The notes under the pieces were generated by a model that worked only from the letters and a program-made list of their open reading frames with translations, was not told where the DNA came from and did not search any database. This document shows, piece by piece, positions 9,682 through 20,025 of a stretch of 31,624 bases of DNA; the stretch's first letter is position 1; each line of letters starts with the position of its first letter. The stretch is from Escherichia coli (GTDB lineage Bacteria > Pseudomonadota > Gammaproteobacteria > Enterobacterales > Enterobacteriaceae). The stretch lies in NCBI RefSeq assembly GCF_003334765.1, contig NZ_QOWT01000039.1; one strand, written 5' to 3'. A program made the translations under genes and the position numbers.

Positions 9682-11724
9682 TCAGCCCTTAATGCCGTAA
9701 TGCTCCAGCATCGCATCCAGCTGCGGTTCACGACCACGGAAGCGTTTGAACAGATCCATCGGCTCTTCTGAACCGCCACGGCTCAGAATGTTGTCGAGGA
9801 ACGACTGCCCGGTTTCACGGTTGAAAATGCCCTCTTCCTCAAAGCGCGAGAAAGCATCTGCCGCCAGTACGTCAGCCCACAGGTAGCTGTAGTAACCTGC
9901 GGCATAACCACCGGCGAAAATATGGCTGAAAGCGTGCGGGAAACGGCCCCAGGACGGAGATGGCACCACGGCAACCAGTTTCTTGATTTCTGCCAGAGTT
10001 TCGAGGATTTTTGCCCCCTGATCCGGGCGGAACTCGGCATGAAGGCGGAAATCAAACAGGCCGAACTCCAGCTGACGCAGAATAAACAGCGCCGCCTGGT
10101 AGTTCTTCGCCGCCAGCATTTTATCCAGCAACTCTTTCGGCAGCGGTTCGCCGGTTTCATAGTGACCAGAGATAAACGCCAGCGCCTCCGGCTCCCAGCA
10201 CCAGTTTTCCATAAACTGACTCGGCAGTTCGACCGCATCCCACGGCACACCGCTGATACCGGAAACACCAGCGGTTTCGATGCGGGTCAGCATATGGTGC
10301 AGGCCGTGACCGAACTCGTGGAAGAGGGTGATCACTTCGTCGTGAGTGAACAGCGCCGGTTTACCATTTACCGGGCGGTTGAAGTTACAAGTCAAATACG
10401 CGACCGGTTTTTGCAAAGAACCATCAGCTTTACGCATCTGGCCTACGCAGTCATCCATCCACGCCCCGCCGCGCTTGTTTTCACGGGCATACAGATCGAG
10501 GTAGAAGCTACCGCGCAGTTCGTTATTTTCGTCATACAGTTCGAAGAAACGTACATCCGGATGCCAGACATCAACATCTTTACGCTCTTTAGCGGTGATG
10601 CCGTAAATACGCTTAACCACTTCAAACAGGCCGTTAACCGCTTTGTTTTCCGGGAAGTACGGACGCAGCTGTTCGTCACTGATGCTGTAGAGGTGCTGTT
10701 TTTGTTTTTCGCTGTAGTAAGCGATATCCCACGGCTGCAACTCATCGACGCCAAATTCGGCTTTGGCAAAGGCACGCAATTGCGCCAGCTCTTTTTCGCC
10801 TTGTGGACGCGCGCGTTTTGCCAGATCGGTTAAGAAATCCAGCACCTGCTGCGGGTTTTCTGCCATTTTAGTGGCAAGGGATTTAAAGGCGTAGTTTTCA
10901 AAGCCCAGCAGTTGCGCCAGTTCGTGACGCAGCGCGAGGATCTCTTCCATCACCTTGCTGTTATCCCATTTACCGGCGTTTGGGCCTTGATCGGAGGCGC
11001 GGGTGCTGTAAGCGCGATACATCTCTTCACGCAGAGCCTGGTTGTCGCAGTAGGTCATTACCGGCAAGTAGCTTGGGATATCCAGCGTCAGCAAATAACC
11101 TTCCAGCTCTTTCGCTTCGGCCTGGGCTTTTGCCGCAGCCAGCGCGCTTTCTGGCATCCCCGCCAGCTCCGCTTCGTCGGTAACGAGTTTGGTCCAGCCC
11201 ATTGTCGCATCGAGGACGTTGTTGCTGTACTGGTTGCCCAGTTCAGAAAGACGGGTCGCAATTTCGCCGTAACGCTGCTGTTTCTCTTTCGGCAGACCTA
11301 TGCCAGAGAGTTCAAAGTCGCGCAGTGCGTTATCAACCGCTTTCTTCTGCGCCGTGTTCAGCGTGGCGTAATGATCGCCATCGCGCAGGTCGCGATACGC
11401 TTTATACAGCCCTTCATGTTGCCCTACCCAGGTGCTGTATTCCGACAGCAGCGGCAGGGTTTGTTCGTAGGCTTCACGCAGTTCCGGGCTATTTTTCACC
11501 GAGTTCAGGTGGCTGACCGGGGAGAAGATACGCCCCAACACATCGTCCACTTCCGCCAGCGGCTGGCAGAGATTTTCCCAGGTGTACGGTGCCCCTTGCG
11601 CTACTACGCGCTCCACGTTTTCGCGGCAGTCGTTCAATGCCTTAGTCACGGCTGGAACGACATGTTCCGGGAGAATTTTAGAAAACGGAGGCAATTCAAA
11701 GGGAGTCAGTAACGGATTCGTCAT
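9682..11724 (-). CDS. prlC: Oligopeptidase A (PrlC/OpdA; M3 zinc metallopeptidase), 680 aa
   Basis: ORF-track frame 9682..11763. ATG at 11722-11724 gives 680 aa. Zinc-binding HEFGH motif present ([13 protein letters not shown]). Confidence 0.93.
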   Translation of the reverse strand: MTNPLLTPFELPPFSKILPEHVVPAVTKALNDCRENVERVVAQGAPYTWENLCQPLAEVDDVLGRIFSPVSHLNSVKNSPELREAYEQTLPLLSEYSTWVGQHEGLYKAYRDLRDGDHYATLNTAQKKAVDNALRDFELSGIGLPKEKQQRYGEIATRLSELGNQYSNNVLDATMGWTKLVTDEAELAGMPESALAAAKAQAEAKELEGYLLTLDIPSYLPVMTYCDNQALREEMYRAYSTRASDQGPNAGKWDNSKVMEEILALRHELAQLLGFENYAFKSLATKMAENPQQVLDFLTDLAKRARPQGEKELAQLRAFAKAEFGVDELQPWDIAYYSEKQKQHLYSISDEQLRPYFPENKAVNGLFEVVKRIYGITAKERKDVDVWHPDVRFFELYDENNELRGSFYLDLYARENKRGGAWMDDCVGQMRKADGSLQKPVAYLTCNFNRPVNGKPALFTHDEVITLFHEFGHGLHHMLTRIETAGVSGISGVPWDAVELPSQFMENWCWEPEALAFISGHYETGEPLPKELLDKMLAAKNYQAALFILRQLEFGLFDFRLHAEFRPDQGAKILETLAEIKKLVAVVPSPSWGRFPHAFSHIFAGGYAAGYYSYLWADVLAADAFSRFEEEGIFNRETGQSFLDNILSRGGSEEPMDLFKRFRGREPQLDAMLEHYGIKG

Positions 11725-11926
11725 TCGCGCAGTCCTGGTTAAAGAGGTTAAGGAAGCGCTCAACAGGCGCTTTACATAATGTGTGTAGCATGGGGTTAAG
11801 TGTAGTGAATTTCAATGAGAAACGTTACGCTTTCGCGGCGGCGGCCTCTTTTCGGTATACTGTCCTGATACGCTTTTGTGCGCCCCGAATACGGGCCGAT
11901 TTTTACTTACCGGAACACCTTTACCC

Positions 11927-12769
11927 ATGCTCAGTTATCGCCACAGCTTTCACGCTGGCAACCACGCCGACGTCCTTAAACATACCGTTCAGAGCCTGAT
12001 CATCGAGTCGCTGAAAGAGAAAGATAAACCGTTTCTCTATCTCGACACCCACGCAGGGGCCGGGCGTTATCAGTTAGGCAGCGAACATGCCGAGCGTACC
12101 GGCGAATATCTCGAAGGCATCGCCCGTATCTGGCAGCAGGACGATTTGCCCGCAGAACTGGAGGCGTACATCAATGTGGTAAAACACTTCAACCGTAGCG
12201 GTCAGTTGCGTTACTACCCCGGTTCGCCGTTGATTGCTCGCCTGCTACTGCGTGAACAGGACAGCCTGCAACTGACCGAACTGCACCCGAGCGATTACCC
12301 GTTGTTGCGTTCTGAATTTCAGAAAGATAGCCGTGCGCGTGTCGAAAAAGCCGACGGTTTCCAGCAGCTTAAGGCCAAACTGCCGCCGGTTTCCCGCCGT
12401 GGTTTAATCCTTATCGACCCGCCGTATGAAATGAAAACTGACTATCAAGCGGTGGTCAGCGGGATAGCAGAAGGTTACAAACGTTTCGCCACTGGTATTT
12501 ACGCACTGTGGTATCCGGTGGTGCTGCGTCAGCAAATTAAGCGCATGATCCACGATCTGGAAGCGACCGGTATTCGCAAAATTCTGCAAATTGAACTGGC
12601 GGTACTGCCAGACAGCGATCGCCGTGGCATGACCGCTTCCGGCATGATTGTGATTAACCCGCCGTGGAAACTGGAACAACAGATGAATAACGTGCTGCCG
12701 TGGCTGCACAGCAAACTGGTTCCGGCAGGCACCGGGCACGCCACCGTAAGCTGGATCGTGCCGGAGTAA
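11927..12769 (+). CDS. rlmJ: 23S rRNA (adenine2030-N6)-methyltransferase RlmJ (YhiR), 280 aa
   Basis: ORF-track frame 11876..12769. ATG at 11927 gives the known 280 aa. Sequence MLSYRHSFHAGNHADVLKH... matches RlmJ as recalled. Confidence 0.9.
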   Translation: MLSYRHSFHAGNHADVLKHTVQSLIIESLKEKDKPFLYLDTHAGAGRYQLGSEHAERTGEYLEGIARIWQQDDLPAELEAYINVVKHFNRSGQLRYYPGSPLIARLLLREQDSLQLTELHPSDYPLLRSEFQKDSRARVEKADGFQQLKAKLPPVSRRGLILIDPPYEMKTDYQAVVSGIAEGYKRFATGIYALWYPVVLRQQIKRMIHDLEATGIRKILQIELAVLPDSDRRGMTASGMIVINPPWKLEQQMNNVLPWLHSKLVPAGTGHATVSWIVPE

Positions 12770-12840
12770 TTGCAGCCATTGCTGGCACCTATTACGTCTC
12801 GCGCTACAATCGCGGTAATCAACGATAAGGACACTTTGTC

Positions 12841-14193
12841 ATGACTAAACACTATGATTACATCGCCATCGGCGGCGGCAGCGGCGGTATCGCCTCCATC
12901 AACCGCGCGGCTATGTACGGCCAGAAATGTGCGCTGATTGAAGCCAAAGAGCTGGGCGGCACCTGCGTAAATGTTGGCTGTGTGCCGAAAAAAGTGATGT
13001 GGCACGCGGCGCAAATCCGTGAAGCGATCCATATGTACGGCCCGGATTATGGTTTTGATACCACTATCAATAAATTCAACTGGGAAACGTTGATCGCCAG
13101 CCGTACCGCCTATATCGACCGTATTCATACTTCCTATGAAAACGTGCTCGGTAAAAATAACGTTGATGTAATCAAAGGCTTTGCCCGCTTCGTTGATGCC
13201 AAAACGCTGGAGGTAAACGGCGAAACCATCACGGCCGATCATATTCTGATCGCCACAGGCGGTCGTCCGAGCCACCCGGATATTCCGGGCGTGGAATACG
13301 GTATTGATTCTGATGGCTTCTTCGCCCTTCCTGCTTTGCCAGAGCGCGTGGCGGTTGTTGGCGCGGGTTACATCGCCGTTGAGCTGGCGGGCGTGATTAA
13401 CGGCCTCGGCGCGAAAACGCATCTGTTTGTGCGTAAACATGCGCCGCTGCGCAGCTTCGACCCGATGATTTCCGAAACGCTGGTCGAAGTGATGAACGCC
13501 GAAGGCCCGCAGCTGCACACCAACGCCATCCCGAAAGCGGTAGTGAAAAATGCCGATGGTAGCCTGACGCTGGAGCTGGAAGATGGTCGCAGTGAAACGG
13601 TGGATTGCCTGATTTGGGCGATTGGTCGCGAGCCTGCCAATGACAACATCAACCTGGAAGCCGCTGGCGTTAAAACTAACGAAAAAGGCTATATCGTCGT
13701 CGATAAATATCAAAACACCAATATTGAAGGTATTTACGCGGTGGGCGATAACACGGGTGCAGTGGAGCTGACACCGGTGGCAGTTGCAGCGGGTCGCCGT
13801 CTCTCTGAACGCCTGTTTAATAACAAGCCGGATGAGCATCTGGATTACAGCAACATTCCGACCGTGGTCTTCAGCCATCCGCCGATTGGTACTGTTGGTT
13901 TAACGGAACCGCAGGCGCGCGAGCAGTATGGCGACGATCAGGTGAAAGTGTATAAATCCTCTTTCACCGCGATGTATACCGCCGTCACCACTCACCGCCA
14001 GCCGTGCCGCATGAAGCTGGTGTGCGTTGGATCGGAAGAGAAGATTGTCGGTATTCACGGCATTGGCTTTGGTATGGACGAAATGTTGCAGGGCTTCGCG
14101 GTGGCGCTGAAGATGGGGGCAACCAAAAAAGACTTCGACAATACCGTCGCCATTCACCCAACGGCGGCAGAAGAGTTCGTGACAATGCGTTAA
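12841..14193 (+). CDS. gor: Glutathione reductase (Gor), 450 aa
   Basis: ORF 12841..14193. N-terminal FAD-binding GGGSGG and redox-active disulfide motif [13 protein letters not shown]. Confidence 0.96.
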   Translation: MTKHYDYIAIGGGSGGIASINRAAMYGQKCALIEAKELGGTCVNVGCVPKKVMWHAAQIREAIHMYGPDYGFDTTINKFNWETLIASRTAYIDRIHTSYENVLGKNNVDVIKGFARFVDAKTLEVNGETITADHILIATGGRPSHPDIPGVEYGIDSDGFFALPALPERVAVVGAGYIAVELAGVINGLGAKTHLFVRKHAPLRSFDPMISETLVEVMNAEGPQLHTNAIPKAVVKNADGSLTLELEDGRSETVDCLIWAIGREPANDNINLEAAGVKTNEKGYIVVDKYQNTNIEGIYAVGDNTGAVELTPVAVAAGRRLSERLFNNKPDEHLDYSNIPTVVFSHPPIGTVGLTEPQAREQYGDDQVKVYKSSFTAMYTAVTTHRQPCRMKLVCVGSEEKIVGIHGIGFGMDEMLQGFAVALKMGATKKDFDNTVAIHPTAAEEFVTMR

Positions 14194-14199
14194 ATGTTA

Positions 14200-14230
14200 A
14201 AGGGCTAAGAGTAGTGTGCTCTTAGCCCTT
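14200..14230. terminator. 12-bp perfect hairpin between convergent gor and dinQ (likely shared terminator)
   Basis: Stem aagggctaagag / ctcttagccctt with loop tagtgtg. Flanking T/A tracts are weak. Confidence 0.5.
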
Positions 14231-14246
14231 AATTACGTTTCCGCTA

Positions 14247-14330
14247 TCAGTTCAGAAGCTGAAGCAGAAAGCGGATCAGTTCCAGCAGCGCAATTAACGC
14301 CCCTAGAACGATGATTGCTTTATCAATCAC
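14247..14330 (-). CDS. dinQ: DinQ, 27-aa hydrophobic type I toxin peptide (SOS-inducible)
   Basis: Reverse-strand ORF GTG ATT GAT AAA ... AAC TGA encodes VIDKAIIVLGALIALLELIRFLLQLLN. Too short for the ORF track. Lies between gor and arsR as in E. coli, with a LexA box upstream. Confidence 0.8.
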   Translation of the reverse strand: MIDKAIIVLGALIALLELIRFLLQLLN

Positions 14331-14521
14331 CCGTTTTCTCCATGCGATGGAGTGAGAATGCATCCGCTTACTCATCCACTGCCTGTCACGGCGCATGTCT
14401 CATTGTTAGATAAGAACTCTCTCACTCCGGCCAGAGCATCAGTTAACGGCACCACCCGTACTTCTGACCAGGACTTTGAAAGCGTTTATGCGCATTGCCA
14501 GAGTGAAAATGCCTCAGAGCT

Positions 14522-14541
14522 AACTGGATAATCATACAGTA
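14522..14541. promoter_or_regulatory. LexA box (SOS operator) in the dinQ promoter region
   Basis: aaCTGgataatcataCAGta fits the CTG-N10-CAG LexA consensus and sits about 190 nt upstream of the dinQ ORF on its strand. Confidence 0.65.
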
Positions 14542-14603
14542 CATGCAGGTTATAAAACCAGCACGTCCTTGCAATAGTTTCAGTATGGTATTAGCATTGA
14601 TGC

Positions 14604-14687
14604 GTTAGATGATGGCTATCTCACTCCAGTCAGAGCCACCAACTCAGGGCTGGAAAGTAAAAAACCGACGCAAAGTCGGTTTTTTTA
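14604..14687 (+). ncRNA. agrA: AgrA small RNA (DinQ-associated antisense-type sRNA, paralog of AgrB)
   Basis: Putative promoter TTGCAA (14569-14574), 17 nt, TAGCAT. Ends at hairpin ccgacgcaaagtcgg plus T7 (14665-14687). Near-duplicate of the agrB module. 5' end is approximate. Confidence 0.7.
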
Positions 14688-14834
14688 CATCCGGATTCGG
14701 ACAAGGCTTAATATGACGATGACCCAGTGAAAGTATATAAATCGTCACTGCGATATATACCGAAGTGCTCCCTCCGCCAGCTGAAGAAATCGCTAATTCT
14801 TGCAATGTTAGCCACTGGCTAATAGTATTGAGCT

Positions 14835-14917
14835 GTTAGATAAGAACTCTCTCACTCCAGCCAGAGCCACCAACTCAGGGCTGGAAAGTAAAAAACCGAC
14901 GCAAAGTCGGTTTTTTT
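14835..14917 (+). ncRNA. agrB: AgrB small RNA (antitoxin sRNA complementary to the dinQ mRNA leader)
   Basis: Promoter TTGCAA (14800-14805), 17 nt, TAGTAT (14823-14828). Body tgttagataagaactctctcactccagccagagcc is near-identical to + strand 14403-14437 inside the dinQ transcript region, so it is complementary to dinQ mRNA. Ends at hairpin plus T7 (14895-14917). 5' end is approximate. Confidence 0.75.
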
Positions 14918-14999
14918 ACGTCCTGATTCAGACCTCCTTTCAAATGAATAGCCAACTCAAAATTCACACCTATTACCTTCCTCTGCACTTACACATTCG

Positions 15000-15025
15000 T
15001 TAAGTCATATATGTTTTTGACTTAT
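15000..15025. promoter_or_regulatory. Putative ArsR operator / ars promoter region
   Basis: Inverted repeat aagtca (15002-15007) ... tgactt (15018-15023) about 50 nt upstream of the arsR ATG. Confidence 0.5.
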
Positions 15026-15069
15026 CCGCTTCGAAGAGAGACACTACCTGCAACAATCAGGAGCGCAAT

Positions 15070-15423
15070 ATGTCATTTCTGTTACCCATCCAATTGTTCA
15101 AAATTCTTGCTGATGAAACCCGTCTGGGCATCGTTTTACTGCTCAGCGAACTGGGAGAGTTATGCGTCTGCGATCTCTGCACTGCTCTCGACCAGTCGCA
15201 GCCCAAGATCTCCCGCCACCTGGCATTGCTGCGTGAAAGCGGGCTATTGCTGGACCGCAAGCAAGGTAAGTGGGTTCATTACCGCTTATCACCGCATATT
15301 CCAGCATGGGCGGCGAAAATTATTGATGAGGCCTGGCGATGTGAACAGGAAAAGGTTCAGGCGATTGTCCGCAACCTGGCTCGACAAAACTGTTCCGGGG
15401 ACAGTAAGAACATTTGCAGTTAA
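15070..15423 (+). CDS. arsR: Arsenical resistance operon repressor ArsR (ArsR/SmtB family), 117 aa
   Basis: ORF 15070..15423 with CAGGAG SD. Metalloid-binding ELCVCDLC motif ahead of the HTH. Confidence 0.95.
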   Translation: MSFLLPIQLFKILADETRLGIVLLLSELGELCVCDLCTALDQSQPKISRHLALLRESGLLLDRKQGKWVHYRLSPHIPAWAAKIIDEAWRCEQEKVQAIVRNLARQNCSGDSKNICS

Positions 15424-15476
15424 AAATTTAGCTAAACACATATGAATTTTCAGATGTGTTTTATCCGGGAGGCATT

Positions 15477-16766
15477 ATGTTACTGGCAGGCGCTATCTTT
15501 GTCCTGACCATCGTATTGGTTATCTGGCAGCCGAAAGGTTTAGGCATCGGCTGGAGTGCAACGCTCGGCGCAGTACTGGCGTTAGTTACGGGCGTGGTCC
15601 ATCCGGGTGATATTCCGGTGGTGTGGAATATCGTCTGGAACGCGACGGCTGCGTTTATCGCCGTCATTATCATCAGCCTGCTGCTGGATGAGTCCGGCTT
15701 TTTTGAATGGGCGGCGCTGCACGTCTCACGCTGGGGTAATGGTCGTGGTCGCTTGTTGTTTACCTGGATTGTCCTGCTCGGTGCTGCCGTTGCCGCCCTG
15801 TTTGCCAATGATGGCGCGGCGCTTATTTTGACACCGATTGTCATCGCCATGCTGCTGGCTTTAGGGTTCAGTAAAGGCACTACGCTGGCGTTCGTGATGG
15901 CGGCCGGATTCATTGCCGATACCGCCAGCCTGCCGCTTATTGTCTCCAACCTGGTGAATATCGTTTCCGCTGATTTCTTTGGCCTCGGCTTTCGCGAATA
16001 CGCCTCGGTGATGGTGCCGGTGGATATCGCCGCGATTGTTGCCACGCTGGTGATGTTACATCTCTATTTTCGCAAAGATATTCCGCAGAACTACGATATG
16101 GCGCTGCTGAAATCTCCCGCAGAAGCGATCAAAGATCCTGCTACGTTCAAAACTGGCTGGGTTGTTTTACTGCTTCTGCTGGTGGGATTTTTCGTCCTGG
16201 AACCGCTCGGCATTCCGGTGAGCGCCATTGCAGCTGTGGGCGCGCTGATATTATTTGTCGTCGCTAAACGCGGTCATGCGATTAATACGGGTAAAGTCCT
16301 GCGCGGTGCCCCCTGGCAGATTGTCATCTTCTCGCTCGGCATGTATCTGGTGGTTTATGGCCTGCGCAATGCCGGATTAACGGAATATCTTTCTGGCGTA
16401 CTCAACGTGCTGGCGGATAACGGCCTGTGGGCCGCGACGCTCGGCACCGGATTCCTCACCGCCTTCCTCTCTTCTATTATGAACAATATGCCGACGGTAC
16501 TGGTTGGCGCGTTGTCCATTGATGGCAGCACGGCATCTGGCGTTATCAAAGAAGCGATGGTTTATGCCAATGTGATTGGCTGCGATTTGGGACCGAAAAT
16601 TACCCCAATTGGTAGCCTGGCTACGCTACTCTGGCTGCACGTACTTTCGCAGAAGAATATGACTATCAGCTGGGGATATTACTTCCGTACAGGGATTATC
16701 ATGACCCTGCCTGTGCTGTTTGTGACGCTGGCTGCGCTGGCGCTACGTCTCTCTTTCACTTTGTAA
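15477..16766 (+). CDS. arsB: Arsenite/antimonite efflux pump ArsB, 429 aa
   Basis: ORF-track frame 15456..16766. ATG at 15477 with GGGAGG SD gives the known 429 aa. Polytopic membrane protein. Confidence 0.93.
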
Positions 16767-16778
16767 TGAGATACTGAT

Positions 16779-17204
16779 ATGAGCAACATTACCATTTATC
16801 ACAACCCGGCCTGCGGCACGTCGCGTAATACGCTGGAGATGATCCGCAACAGCGGCACAGAACCGACCATTATCCATTATCTGGAAACTCCGCCAACGCG
16901 CGATGAACTGGTCAAACTCATTGCCGATATGGGGATTTCCGTACGCGCGCTGCTGCGTAAAAACGTCGAACCGTATGAGGAGCTGGGCCTTGCGGAAGAT
17001 AAATTTACTGACGATCGGTTAATCGACTTTATGCTTCAGCACCCGATTCTGATTAATCGCCCGATTGTGGTGACGCCGCTGGGAACTCGCCTGTGCCGCC
17101 CTTCAGAAGTGGTGCTGGAAATTCTGCCAGATGCGCAAAAAGGCGCATTCTCCAAGGAAGATGGCGAGAAAGTGGTTGATGAAGCGGGTAAGCGCCTGAA
17201 ATAA
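16779..17204 (+). CDS. arsC: Arsenate reductase ArsC (glutaredoxin-coupled), 141 aa
   Basis: ORF 16779..17204. Catalytic Cys in the N-terminal CGTSRNT motif. Follows arsB by 12 nt. Confidence 0.95.
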   Translation: MSNITIYHNPACGTSRNTLEMIRNSGTEPTIIHYLETPPTRDELVKLIADMGISVRALLRKNVEPYEELGLAEDKFTDDRLIDFMLQHPILINRPIVVTPLGTRLCRPSEVVLEILPDAQKGAFSKEDGEKVVDEAGKRLK

Positions 17205-17253
17205 AGCGGCGATATCCCCCCCACAGGTTGTTAGAAAAGTGCGCTTTATTTAT

Positions 17254-17354
17254 GTCGGATGCGACGCTGGCGCGTCTTATCCGACCTACAAAGTTATGAA
17301 AATTCGATGAATAGTATGTTATTTGTAGGCCTGACAGGCGTAGCGCATCAGGCG
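17254..17354. repeat. BIME / RIP-type element (two inverted REPs) downstream of arsC
   Basis: REP gtcggatgcgacgctggcgcgtcttatccgacctaca (17254-17290) and inverted REP tgtaggcctgacaggcgtagcgcatcaggcg (17324-17354). Spacer resembles that of the 5751-5849 element. Confidence 0.8.
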
Positions 17355-17832
17355 ATTTTGCTATTTACACAGTACTCCCTGCGTGAGATTCCAATTATCG
17401 CGTCCAGCATGGTGTATCAGTGAGCTGCTTAGTTATCAGCGATACAGCGCAGTAGTTTAAAGACGTACTGGATTATGATTTATCAGTGGTTTACACAACA
17501 AATTATTAAATAATTATAAGATACCTTAACCCATTTTATTATTACACATCTAAAACATCACAAAAAAAATCACTTCACACACTATCAGAGAACATAATAA
17601 CTTTTTAAAATGAGCGCATTTTGATAGTTGTTAACGATTTCCTTTACGATACTATCACTACCCTTTTTTTACACACAAATATTACCGGGTGGAGATAAAA
17701 GGGAAATCAAAGGTAATTATATCAGGAAGATATAACGCATTACATTTATTGTGTGTAGAAGAAAATCCATTCCTGTTCTAATTATCCAATTTAAACATCT
17801 TAGCATAAAACAAATGATGAATAAGGAATTTT

Positions 17833-19056
17833 ATGTCAATTGACTTTACCCCAGGTATAATAAATACATATCACGGCGATATTTATAACTGCACAACAAA
17901 TACCGATAATGCTAAAACGCCAGACACACCGAAGTGGCCTTGCGATAATTGGGAAGAACAACAACCCATTAATTCCACATTCTCTGGAGAAGGATATATC
18001 TCTGATCAATATGATTTAGCGCAACACCAACTTCAACAAATTAATGCGTGCCACACGAACACTACATATACAAATGCAGACTACTCAAAAGTTGTGGCTC
18101 AACTTGTAAGTCTTATTACTAACATTGAAACGATAAGTTCGACACAACTTACGCAACAGACACAATCAATACTTAATCAGATTAATAACATTAGATATGA
18201 AAAAAACAAAAGTGCTGAATGTCGAATCATTGTTATCGCTAATCCTAAACCCGACAAGGCAATCATAACTAAAATTAGCGTAGAAGAGGGAATACCCATA
18301 ACATTCAGTGTCCAAACCATGTTTTCAGATACTAATTTTATTGCTGAACAACGAGCTGACTTACCAACTAATATAAAAGATATTCAAAGCCTGTATCAAA
18401 AAATGACGAAGTTATATATTGAGCACAGTGAAAATAAAAACAGGATGAAAGTCTTTGCCGGAACCAACTTTATTGATTTCAATATGACAGGACAGAACCT
18501 GTCCGGGTTCGTTCTAACCTTGTCAAGGTTTTATTTCGAAGATCTACTTAATATAAATTTCACTGACGCAAATTTAGGTGACACTATTTTTTTACATAAA
18601 GAACACCCTACCCCCAAATTATATAAAGATGGACAATATCTTGACAAACAAATCGAAGGTTTATTTTCAACATTATTAACCATTAATGACAACCTTTTAC
18701 GAGCAAAAGCGGAAATTGCTTCGACAATAATTAAATTTTTAGAGGCCAGGATAACCAATCTTTCATACAATGACATATTAAAATATCAGCAAGAATTCCA
18801 AAAACAATGTTATAAGCAAGTTAAAGCCTTTACGACACTCTCCCGATACAATAAAATTCAAACATGGGCAGAAATGTCTGAATATCAATTCGAAGTATTT
18901 CAATACGAGACGCTTAACCCAAAAAAAATGTCACACACGCCTTATTTAAAGAGGCCACTGCCTAATGAAAAAGATATAAATTATGGGGTGGAAATAGAAA
19001 TACCATCTGGTAAAAGAATTCGCTTATCAAATCATTACCAGAATATAATACCATAA
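17833..19056 (+). CDS. yhiS: Uncharacterised AT-rich protein YhiS, uninterrupted 407 aa, with a pentapeptide-repeat-like central segment
   Basis: ORF 17833..19056 with AAGGAA SD. Lies between arsC and slp as yhiS does in E. coli. Markedly AT-rich, N/Q/T-rich protein. No IS sequence interrupts it here. Confidence 0.8.
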
Positions 19057-19303
19057 TATTGATTATTAGCACTTTATAATCATTGAATAAAAATAGATTT
19101 TATGTACTTTTAAAACAATGCACTATATTATGGGGTGATGGATATTCATGTCACGCCCCAAAATTAACTGAGTTCACCTAAACAGAAAGGATATAAACAT
19201 CAGACAGGTTTACGTTACTATCAGGCATATCACCTCAGAATCAGATGAAAACTATAAAGAAATATCTATTATGGTTTTAATATTTGTTGATAAGGATAGT
19301 AAC

Positions 19304-19870
19304 ATGAACATGACAAAAGGTGCACTCATCCTCAGCCTTTCATTTTTGCTTGCCGCATGTAGTTCAATTCCGCAAAATATCAAAGGCAATAACCAACCTG
19401 ATATTCAAAAAAGTTTTGTTGCTGTTCATAACCAGCCGGGGTTATATGTTGGTCAACAAGCGCGCTTTGGTGGGAAGGTTATCAACGTTATCAATGGCAA
19501 AACGGATACGTTGTTAGAAATCGCTGTATTACCGTTGGATAGCTATGCGAAGCCTGATATTGAAGCCAACTATCAGGGCCGACTGCTCGCCAGACAAAGC
19601 GGCTTCCTTGATCCAGTGAACTATCGTAATCACTTTGTTACCATCCTCGGCACCATTCAGGGTGAACAACCTGGCTTTATCAATAAAGTCCCGTATAACT
19701 TCCTGGAAGTGAATATGCAGGGCATCCAGGTGTGGCATTTGAGAGAAGTGGTTAATACCACCTATAACCTGTGGGATTACGGCTATGGTGCATTCTGGCC
19801 GGAACCGGGCTGGGGTGCGCCTTACTACACCAATGCGGTGAGTCAGGTAACACCTGAGCTGGTCAAATAA
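19304..19870 (+). CDS. slp: Outer-membrane starvation lipoprotein Slp, 188 aa
   Basis: ORF-track frame 19271..19870. ATG at 19304 with AAGGA SD gives 188 aa. Lipoprotein signal with lipobox LLAAC. Confidence 0.92.
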   Translation: MNMTKGALILSLSFLLAACSSIPQNIKGNNQPDIQKSFVAVHNQPGLYVGQQARFGGKVINVINGKTDTLLEIAVLPLDSYAKPDIEANYQGRLLARQSGFLDPVNYRNHFVTILGTIQGEQPGFINKVPYNFLEVNMQGIQVWHLREVVNTTYNLWDYGYGAFWPEPGWGAPYYTNAVSQVTPELVK

Positions 19871-20025
19871 CACCACCGAAAGATGCAGATGCTTTCTCAG
19901 CATCTGCATCATGCATTACATCAAATTAATACACAGTAAGCTAACTATTATTATTATAAGCCCTGTCCTGTTAATTACCTTTGGCAAACTGATTATAAAG
20001 TTAATGTCCGCACCAGGAGTCGGTT

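Noticed and set aside
9783-11712. Several 100-300-aa ORFs (9783..10268 -, 9922..10833 +, 10912..11712 +, 11202..11516 +) overlapping prlC
   Set aside because: They overlap the prlC frame, which carries the HEFGH metallopeptidase motif. Their translations are Arg/Cys-rich with no SD or domain-like features.
12529-13878. 449-aa reverse-strand ORF antisense to rlmJ and gor
   Set aside because: It lies entirely opposite two well-supported genes with recognisable motifs, its translation is low-complexity and Arg/Ala-rich, and long antisense open frames are expected in GC-rich coding DNA.
14600-14930. Possible CRISPR-like repeat array (two near-identical ~85-nt units)
   Set aside because: There are only two copies, each with its own promoter and terminator, and no cas genes or short spacer-repeat periodicity. 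They are explained as the agrA/agrB sRNA duplication.
15461-16045. 194-aa reverse-strand ORF inside arsB, plus small ORFs 15607..15831 and 16355..16549
   Set aside because: Antisense or alternate-frame ORFs within the ArsB membrane-protein gene, with low-complexity Ala/Pro/Thr-rich translation.
17205-19300. Possible insertion sequence or prophage remnant around yhiS
   Set aside because: No transposase or integrase ORF and no terminal inverted repeats were found. The AT-rich segment encodes only yhiS. The IS5 copy I recall at this locus in K-12 is absent here.
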